From Candidatus Marinacidobacterales bacterium (GTDB lineage: Bacteria; Acidobacteriota; Vicinamibacteria; Marinacidobacterales; DATDRI01), in NCBI GenBank assembly GCA_965226495.1, contig OZ245365.1:3264001-3328000 (forward strand): a DNA stretch of 64,000 nucleotides, in the 5' to 3' direction. A program made the translations under genes and the position numbers. Under the pieces are notes generated by a model. The model searched no databases, had not been told where the DNA came from, and worked only from the letters and a program-made list of their open reading frames with translations. Position 1 is the first letter of the stretch; the number at the start of each line of letters is the position of its first letter. Shown piece after piece: positions 57,378 through 64,000 of this stretch.

Positions 57378-58727
57378 GTGAGTCAGCCCGGACTCTTCGC
57401 CGATCCGAAAGACAAACACCCTAAGTCTTTCGATGCCCATACGCCGCTCGCGGAGCGTATGCGCCCTCGAGACCTCGACGAGATATTGGGGCAGGAGGAA
57501 ATCGTGGGGCCCGGGGCTCCCCTTCGCGCCGCGATCGACAATGACACGGTGGGTTCGTTGCTCTTGTGGGGTCCCCCTGGCTCTGGAAAAACCACCTTGG
57601 CTCGTGTCGTTGCTCATCGCACCAAGGCCTACTTCGTCCCCTACTCGGCCGTACTTTCCGGGATCAAAGAGATTCGAACCGTCATGCAGGACGCGGAACG
57701 CCAAAGGAGACTCCACGGTAAGAAAACAATCTTGTTCGTTGACGAGATTCATCGCTTCAACAAAGCACAGCAGGACGCCTTCCTCCCACACGTCGAGTCC
57801 GGTAACGTCATCTTGATCGGAGCGACCACCGAAAATCCCTCGTTCGAAGTGAACGCGGCGCTATTGTCCCGCTGCCGTGTCGTGATCCTGCGACAACTGG
57901 AGCCCAAGGATCTCGTAGAAGTGATGCGACGAGCCCTAGCCGACAAGGAAAGGGGTTTTGGTGCTCGTGAGATCGAGGTCGAACCCGACGCGCTCGGCTG
58001 GCTAGCGCGGCAGGCGAACGGGGATGGCCGGTTCGTACTCAACGTGCTCGAAGTAGCGGTTGCCGCAAAACCTAAGGGAACGATCTTGCTCGGGGATCTC
58101 GGGAGGGTCGTCCAGCGAAAAGCGCTGCTCTACGACAAGAGCGGCGAGGAGCATTTCAACATCATCTCGGCGCTTCACAAATCGCTCCGCAATTCTGATC
58201 CGGACGCCGGGCTCTACTGGCTGGCTCGCATGCTGGAGGCCGGCGAAGATCCTCTTTATGTGGCGCGCCGGTTGGTTCGTTTCGCCTCTGAGGATGTGGG
58301 GCTCGCGGATCCCCAGGCGCTCTCGGTGGCAATGGCGGCGAAGGAAGCGTTTCATTTCATCGGACCACCGGAGGGGAAATTGGCCCTGGCACAAACCGTC
58401 GTCTACTTGGCGACCGCACCCAAGTCCAACGCTATCTACCGTGCATATGGAGAGGCCGCCGATGACGCGCTCAAGGAAGCCACCGAGCCGGTTCCGTTGC
58501 AGTTGCGCAACCCGGTGACGAAACCAATGAAGAGTTGGGGCTACGGTCGAGGCTACCAGTACGCGCACGACTTCGAGGAGAAAACGACCGACATGGAGTG
58601 CTTGCCGGAAAGTCTAGCCGGCAAGGTCTACTACCATCCGAGCGATGAAGGCTTCGAGGGAGATTTGCGGGAGCGTATCAAAACCGTACAGAAAAAAAGA
58701 AAGAAACTGAAAAAGGAATCGCAGTAA
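57378..58727 (+). CDS. rarA: Replication-associated recombination protein A (RarA/MgsA)
   Basis: PLAERMRP, GPPGSGKTT, DEIHRFNKAQQD, GATTENPSF and ISALHKS.R.SD. Confidence 0.96.
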   Translation: MSQPGLFADPKDKHPKSFDAHTPLAERMRPRDLDEILGQEEIVGPGAPLRAAIDNDTVGSLLLWGPPGSGKTTLARVVAHRTKAYFVPYSAVLSGIKEIRTVMQDAERQRRLHGKKTILFVDEIHRFNKAQQDAFLPHVESGNVILIGATTENPSFEVNAALLSRCRVVILRQLEPKDLVEVMRRALADKERGFGAREIEVEPDALGWLARQANGDGRFVLNVLEVAVAAKPKGTILLGDLGRVVQRKALLYDKSGEEHFNIISALHKSLRNSDPDAGLYWLARMLEAGEDPLYVARRLVRFASEDVGLADPQALSVAMAAKEAFHFIGPPEGKLALAQTVVYLATAPKSNAIYRAYGEAADDALKEATEPVPLQLRNPVTKPMKSWGYGRGYQYAHDFEEKTTDMECLPESLAGKVYYHPSDEGFEGDLRERIKTVQKKRKKLKKESQ

Positions 58728-58803
58728 TTTCCGCGACGGCGCACTTGATTTCGAGCGTCGTTCCAGTTACACACTCGTCCCATTCGAGAGACGGAGGGCC
58801 TTT

Positions 58804-59415
58804 ATGAAGAGATTCGGTAAATCAAACCTCGCCATCGCGATCGCCGCGCTGGCCGTAATCCTGACAGTTGCGAGTGCCGAGGCTCAAGGGTTACTCAAGG
58901 TCGGCGACAAGGCGCCCGACTTTCCGAACCCATTACCCTCGACCGCAGGAGAAAAACCGGCCGAGACCAAGATTCAGATGTCCGACTTCCTCGGGAAAAA
59001 GAACATCGTTCTCGCTTTTTACGTTGCTGACTGGACCGGTGGGTGAACGCTGCAATTCTCGTCCTACAAGGACGACATCCGGAAGTTTCTGGATGCGAAC
59101 GCCCAAGTCCTGGGAGTCAGCACCGACTCCCCGTTCTCTCAAGCAAAATGGTTGGAAAGCGTGGGGTTCACGAGCAAGGACACACGTGTAACGTCGTCCG
59201 GCGACTCACTGCCCGGACTGATCCTGCTTTCCGATCGAAATGCGGATCTCGTCAAGGCCTATGCCGTGGACACTTATGATATTGATGGCGGTGTTTATGC
59301 GAAGCGAGCGACGTTCGTCATCGACAAAAAGGGGATCCTTCGCTACGTGAACTACGAGTATAAGGTCAAGGAAGACTACGAGCCTCTAATGAAGGTCCTG
59401 GCGGAGCTCGATTAG
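58804..59415 (+). CDS. Secreted selenocysteine-containing peroxiredoxin (AhpC/TSA family)
   Basis: ORFs 58804-59046 and 59152-59415 are one frame interrupted only by TGA at 59044-59046, in FYVADWTGG-U-T (peroxidatic position). Downstream GVSTDS, LLSD and RATFVIDKKG. Confidence 0.88.
59059..59075 (+). promoter_or_regulatory. Candidate bacterial SECIS hairpin
   Basis: TCGTCCT-ACA-AGGACGA stem-loop beginning 12 nt after the in-frame TGA. Confidence 0.5.
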
Positions 59416-59433
59416 GCGACCTCGGAAAAAACG

Positions 59434-60162
59434 GTGGAAGTACCCAAGGAGGTGCGCCTCATCCGCCTCGAGTGCGGTAAGGCCAACGCCATCGACCTAC
59501 GTCTGCTAGAGACGCTGAAGGATGGGCTCGAGGCTGCCCGCGCCGATGGTGTACGAGCGGTGGTTCTCACCGGCTACGATCAGTTTTTCTCCGCCGGACT
59601 CAATTTGAAGAGCCTCCCCGACTCGCGCGAGGGGATGACCGACTTCGTCGAAAAGTTCGAGGGCGGGCTGCGTCATTTGCTCACTTTCCCGCTTCCGGTG
59701 GTCGCGGCTATCAATGGCCATGCTATCGCCGGGGGATGCGTCTTCGCTTCGGCGTGTGATCTGCGCCTCGCAGCCGAAGGCTCCTACAAAATCGGTTTGT
59801 CGGAAGTGGATGTGGGACTTCCTTTCCCTGGCTTGGCTCTCGCCGTTATGAAAAGTGCGATTTCCAACCGCTGGTTGACCGATTTAGTCTTGGGCGCTCG
59901 TTTGGTGAGCCCCCGCGAAGCAACCGAGGTCGGCATTGTGCACGCCGTCATCCCGCCCGAGGGGTTGCTCGATGAGGCGATCGCCCGGGCGCTACGATTA
60001 GGGGCGAAACCGCAGCCCGCCTTTCGGTTGACGAAGGAGGCAATGCACCGAGACTCGATCGAGCGAGTCGAGGCGGTCGCGGGCGAGACGCAAAAGCATT
60101 TCCTCGATTGCTGGTTTTCGGAAGCAGTGCGAGAGCGGCGGGCGGAACTCTTGAAACGCTAA
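59434..60162 (+). CDS. Enoyl-CoA hydratase/isomerase family protein
   Basis: FFSAGLNL, PVVAAINGHAIAGGC and IGLSEV..G. Confidence 0.92.
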   Translation: MEVPKEVRLIRLECGKANAIDLRLLETLKDGLEAARADGVRAVVLTGYDQFFSAGLNLKSLPDSREGMTDFVEKFEGGLRHLLTFPLPVVAAINGHAIAGGCVFASACDLRLAAEGSYKIGLSEVDVGLPFPGLALAVMKSAISNRWLTDLVLGARLVSPREATEVGIVHAVIPPEGLLDEAIARALRLGAKPQPAFRLTKEAMHRDSIERVEAVAGETQKHFLDCWFSEAVRERRAELLKR

Positions 60163-60181
60163 ACGAGTTTGGGCTTGCTGC

Positions 60182-60665
60182 CTATTCCAATTTTTCACCG
60201 AGTCGGTCGAGCTCTGGCTGCAGTTCCTCGAGCATTTCCTGAAACGGGGTACGGTTGGCCGCTCCTCCCACCGGGGCGGGGACCATGTCGAAGGCGGCGG
60301 TCGTTAGTAGGCCCTTCAACTGCGAGCGCACCGCGTCGGGGAGTCCGGTGAACTGAACTCCGTGAAGCACCGCACCCACCACCGGATCCTGCGAGCCTTC
60401 TGCCTCGCCGCTCCAGACGATGTGCCCTTTGGTCTCGAAGACGCCGAGCCGGTCGAGGCTGACCTTGAGATCGACTCTCCAACCCTTTTTCAGCAGCAGA
60501 TCCGTAATAAAGCAGGCGCCCGACTCAGAGAGATCGCGGACGACCCCACAGCCAAGGGGAAAGCCGTCTTCATTGACGGCGACAGTGACAGAGTGGTTCG
60601 GGACGAATCGCCTTGCGGCGCGAGGGGGGCTCTCCTCGATCTTCGAGCTCAGGATCTCATTGAGT
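60182..60665 (-). CDS. PilZ domain protein (start uncertain)
   Basis: RAARR and DLSESG motifs, G.IVW, HGVQF. Confidence 0.75.
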
Positions 60666-61012
60666 TTTGAGACCTCGGAAAACGTATCGAATATGGTGTT
60701 GCGACGGCAGCGGCGGTTGCGCTTTCGCCACGTTGAAACCCGTTTAAGTCGTCGCATCGTCCAGAGTTACTGAAGGGGGAAATTACGGTATTCCAACCCG
60801 TCCGGGAAGTCAAGCTGTGTTCCTGGCCATGTATCCCCCCTTATTTGCGGCCCCCCGGAGGTACCACCCATTTGCCACCCATTTGGAGGACAGCTGGACG
60901 GGGCCACCGTTTTGGGATACATATCCTGCCGCACACCGCTAAAAGGGTGTGCATAGAAAACAAACATTCCGCTAATCACCAATTAATCATCAATTCCAAA
61001 GGAGAACAGAAG

Positions 61013-61912
61013 ATGCTCCGCGACCCATTACTCCTCTGCACTTTGTTGGTCCTGGGTTTCGCTCTCAATAAAGGTCGGCCGGCCCGCGCACAGGTCATCA
61101 GTCTGAAGGAAGCGATCAACCTGCCCAAACCCCCGCCCGACCATCGGATCCCATACGGGGATGATCGGAATCAATTCGGAGACCTACGACTACCAGAGGG
61201 AGATGGGCCATTTCCCGTGGTCATTGCTATTCATGGTGGTTGCTACCAAGCAAAGTACGATCTCACTTTGCTCAGTAGCTTTTCTGCAGATCTTACAGCG
61301 GCGGGCTTTGCAACTTGGAATCTCGAGTATCGCCGCGTCGGAAACGAGGGTGGCGGATGGCCGGGTACCTTCGAAGACATCGCTCGCGGATCGGACTATC
61401 TCCGGGTCGTGGCGCAAAACTACCCGATAGATTTAACCCGCGTGGTGGCCGTTGGTCACTCTGCGGGCGGGCACTTTGTCGCGTGGTTGGCCGCTCGATC
61501 GCGTCTCCCCAATGACAGCGTTCTCTATTCGGAAGATCCAATCTCCCTTCTAGGCGTTGTGCCGCTCGCGGGTGTCATGGACTCGCGTGCTGACCTCGAG
61601 GGTGGCGTCTGCGAGAAGGTAACGCCCAAGATGCTCGGCGGCCTACCCTCCGAAGTTCCCGATCACTACGCCCAAGCCTCCGCAATCGAGCTCCTGCCGA
61701 TCGGCATACCGGTACGGTCGATCATCGGAGACCAGGACGGTCCCGTACTGATTGACATGGTCAAGCGCTACGACGAGAAGGCAAGGGCAGCGGGCGACGA
61801 TTCCGAGCTATCTATGGTCGAAGGAGCAGGGCATTTCGAGCTGACCACGCCTGATAGCTTCGCGTGGGAGCTCGTGAAGGAAACCGTGCTTTCGCTCTTC
61901 GAGCCGAAATAA
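61013..61912 (+). CDS. Secreted alpha/beta hydrolase (esterase/lipase-like)
   Basis: AAGGAG RBS, HGGC, NLEYRRVG..GGGWP.TF.D, GHSAGG and GHF. Confidence 0.9.
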   Translation: MLRDPLLLCTLLVLGFALNKGRPARAQVISLKEAINLPKPPPDHRIPYGDDRNQFGDLRLPEGDGPFPVVIAIHGGCYQAKYDLTLLSSFSADLTAAGFATWNLEYRRVGNEGGGWPGTFEDIARGSDYLRVVAQNYPIDLTRVVAVGHSAGGHFVAWLAARSRLPNDSVLYSEDPISLLGVVPLAGVMDSRADLEGGVCEKVTPKMLGGLPSEVPDHYAQASAIELLPIGIPVRSIIGDQDGPVLIDMVKRYDEKARAAGDDSELSMVEGAGHFELTTPDSFAWELVKETVLSLFEPK

Positions 61913-61936
61913 ATCGCGGGCTGAGGGCGTCGAGTT

Positions 61937-62185
61937 TTATTGGGTTGCGGGAGGCCCGATCAACCGTCGGACGAAGGACTCTGCCCGATCGAGCGCCTCT
62001 TTGGAAACGGGACCGTGAAACTCGAGACCCAGAAACGGTCCCGCTCCCTCGACGGTGACAGTCCAATCCCCACCATGGCTCACCGCGACCAGGGCGATCT
62101 CGCCGTCCGGAACCCGCAAGGTCCTCAAGACGCTCAGACCATCCTCAAGAACTTTTTCGCTCGAGTACACATCGGGAGTCGACAT
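61937..62185 (-). CDS. Small hypothetical protein
   Basis: 82-aa ORF with a GAGG RBS filling the intergenic gap. No recognised motif. Confidence 0.45.
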   Translation of the reverse strand: MSTPDVYSSEKVLEDGLSVLRTLRVPDGEIALVAVSHGGDWTVTVEGAGPFLGLEFHGPVSKEALDRAESFVRRLIGPPATQ

Positions 62186-62410
62186 TTTTCGCCTCCTCTC
62201 GTACCAGCCTTCCTGGCACTCCTAGCTCCAAAGGTAGCAAGAACCGTTCCCGATGCTAATTCGTTGATTCTAAACACGCAGGCATCTGGAGGCTGCCATT
62301 GTTTGACGCCCCGACCTCCCAAAATGTGTGAACCTTGTGACGCGTGATAAGGAATCCGCGTGCGGGGGATCACAATCGATCAAATAGGTGTACCTAGTGG
62401 CGGCGGGACA

Positions 62411-64000
62411 CTAGCTGGCTTTGATGCGTGCCAGCGCATCCTGGGCGGCGCGCGCCACATCAGGATCGGATTCTTTCGCCGCGGATTGGAGCAGCGGGAC
62501 GCTACTGTAAGAGCGCAAGTTTCCAAGTCCGATGAGCGCTTGAACTCGCGAGGCGAGGGCTTCGTCGGCGGCCGCCCGCTCCAACAACCCGACGGCCCAT
62601 GAGCCACCCAGCGATTCCAAACAGAGACAACCGATGCGCTGATGGATCGCCCCGTCGCTTCCGAGCGAGCGCTCGATCGCACCGTGCAAGCTGGCTGCCG
62701 CAGAGTCCGCGGAAAGCGCCTCCCGGTAGCACTCGGACGCTAGAACGAGATCGCGTTCGAGAAGGCCGTTCACCAAATCGGAGCTGTCTTCCAACATCCC
62801 ACTGAGGAAAGCGAGCGCACCATGAAAAGGACCTCGCTTGAGATTGTGGGGACGATCATCTAGCGAGGAATCGTGTATCCACTCGGCGGCGTCGACAAGC
62901 TCGAGTAACTCGCTGGTGCTATTCGACCGGAGGGCGTAGGCAGTCAGAAACTCCTGGATGGCAACGTTCGGGAACGAGAACGCGTGCGGACCTCTTAGCA
63001 ATCTCGTTTTGCTCAATGCCGCAAGCAGCTCTTCTGAGCTGGTACGGCCGAAATGGCTATCGAACCAATCCTGGGGTTCGCTCATCTCGCCTTCGAGGTG
63101 CTCGCGTCGAAGCGATGTTCTACCCGCACCACTCATCCGAAGGGCAAGTGCGGGAAGAACAATTTCCCTGATCTCCGAGGAGAGCGACTGACCCGCTACT
63201 TGGTAAAAGGCCGCGTAGAGGCCGCTCCGAGTGTAAGGAACGCTCGAGCCCTCCCGCCAGAGTCGCCGCGCCATCGCCAACACCTGGGGGTTTCCGCCTC
63301 GGGAACCCATGGCCTGCAAGAGCTGCCGATACAGGACCCGAGCCTGCTCGACCCTCATCGCCTCGCCTTCCACGAGGAAATCGGCCGCTTCCCATTCGGC
63401 GAAAGGGAGAAGCTCGAACCAGTTCGGAATGTCGAGCGACAGCGGTACCGGCCTCCGCGCAGCAGCGACGAAGCGGTTCAAGGAAAATCGCTGCATGAAG
63501 GTGTTCAGCTTCTCGGTCAAGCGCCTCGAGGAGTCAGCACTCATTTCGTCCAAACCGTCCATCAGGAAGAGGAACCGACCCTCCTCGAGATCACTCAGGA
63601 AAAGCTTTCGGTCGAATCCTTCTCCGACGAAATCCAACAGCTCTGCCCCGGCTGGAAGATCAGAGAGGCTCACATAAACCGGAAGAGGCGACTTGGCACT
63701 GTAGGAAAGAATGGGTTGGGCAGAGTCGTAAAAGAGCTTGAACAACGTCATGCTCTTGCCCGCGCCGGGCTCTCCCAACACCAGCAACCGCTGAAAACGG
63801 CGGGCAAGCTCCGGGGCGTCTTGAGGCTGCCCGAGGAAATCGGCTGCGTGAAGGTAGGATGACATCGGGTCTTGACGCGGCATCCATTTTAGGAGCTGGT
63901 GCGCGTAGCGCTCGGGTTTGGGCCATATTCGATTCAAGGTCTCTCGGAGCCGGCGGCGATAACGCCCCTCCGAAAGCTCGTACACCTGGCGAACCCGCTC
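62411..64000 (-). CDS. NACHT-type NTPase with C-terminal HEAT-like repeats (N-terminus beyond the window)
   Basis: LVLGEPGAGKS, FLMDGLDE, GNP..L, FSF....IQEFLTA, HEAT-like helices. The frame is open to the window edge. Confidence 0.85.
   Translation of the reverse strand, partial: ERVRQVYELSEGRYRRRLRETLNRIWPKPERYAHQLLKWMPRQDPMSSYLHAADFLGQPQDAPELARRFQRLLVLGEPGAGKSMTLFKLFYDSAQPILSYSAKSPLPVYVSLSDLPAGAELLDFVGEGFDRKLFLSDLEEGRFLFLMDGLDEMSADSSRRLTEKLNTFMQRFSLNRFVAAARRPVPLSLDIPNWFELLPFAEWEAADFLVEGEAMRVEQARVLYRQLLQAMGSRGGNPQVLAMARRLWREGSSVPYTRSGLYAAFYQVAGQSLSSEIREIVLPALALRMSGAGRTSLRREHLEGEMSEPQDWFDSHFGRTSSEELLAALSKTRLLRGPHAFSFPNVAIQEFLTAYALRSNSTSELLELVDAAEWIHDSSLDDRPHNLKRGPFHGALAFLSGMLEDSSDLVNGLLERDLVLASECYREALSADSAAASLHGAIERSLGSDGAIHQRIGCLCLESLGGSWAVGLLERAAADEALASRVQALIGLGNLRSYSSVPLLQSAAKESDPDVARAAQDALARIKAS

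Noticed and set aside
1-64000. CRISPR arrays, tRNA/rRNA genes, prophage genes, and the many 200-400 aa overlapping antisense ORFs
   Set aside because: No spaced repeat array, structural RNA signature or phage structural gene was recognised by eye. Long shadow ORFs are expected at this GC content and lack motifs.

Overview
A GC-rich bacterial chromosomal window. Gene content (VPS10/BNR hydrolase, wHTH-TolB-TPR regulator, DUF4388 proteins, Sec peroxiredoxin) suggests Acidobacteriota, possibly Vicinamibacteria; this is inference. The left ~27 kb is accessory. It starts with an IS256 inserted at the start codon of an IS481 transposase, a degenerate integron attC site and a DUF222-like/HNH gene. 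Next is a six-gene operon (3883-10083) matching the bacterial coenzyme M (xcb-type) pathway: Cys-rich unknown, ComA, ArgH-like, PurB-like, an extra lipoprotein cytochrome c, and a D-cysteine desulfhydrase-like enzyme, with no alkene/epoxide genes in the window. After an ISCR/IS91 remnant comes a heme module (19.5-26.1 kb) with an ECF sigma, a zinc anti-sigma, a tandem two-domain cytochrome P460, a probably exported truncated hemoglobin and a stand-alone HemA. Four copies of a YGTAAC-N16/17-RGACT promoter-like motif tie that module together. The right ~37 kb is mostly core genes: PBP1A, lemA, lon, DnaJ-class chaperone, prfB with its programmed frameshift, lnt, nfeD/SPFH, greA and rarA. It also holds an M36 protease, a selenocysteine peroxiredoxin and a NACHT-HEAT protein running off the edge. 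No rRNA, tRNA or CRISPR array was seen. All calls come from motif recognition by eye; no searches were run.
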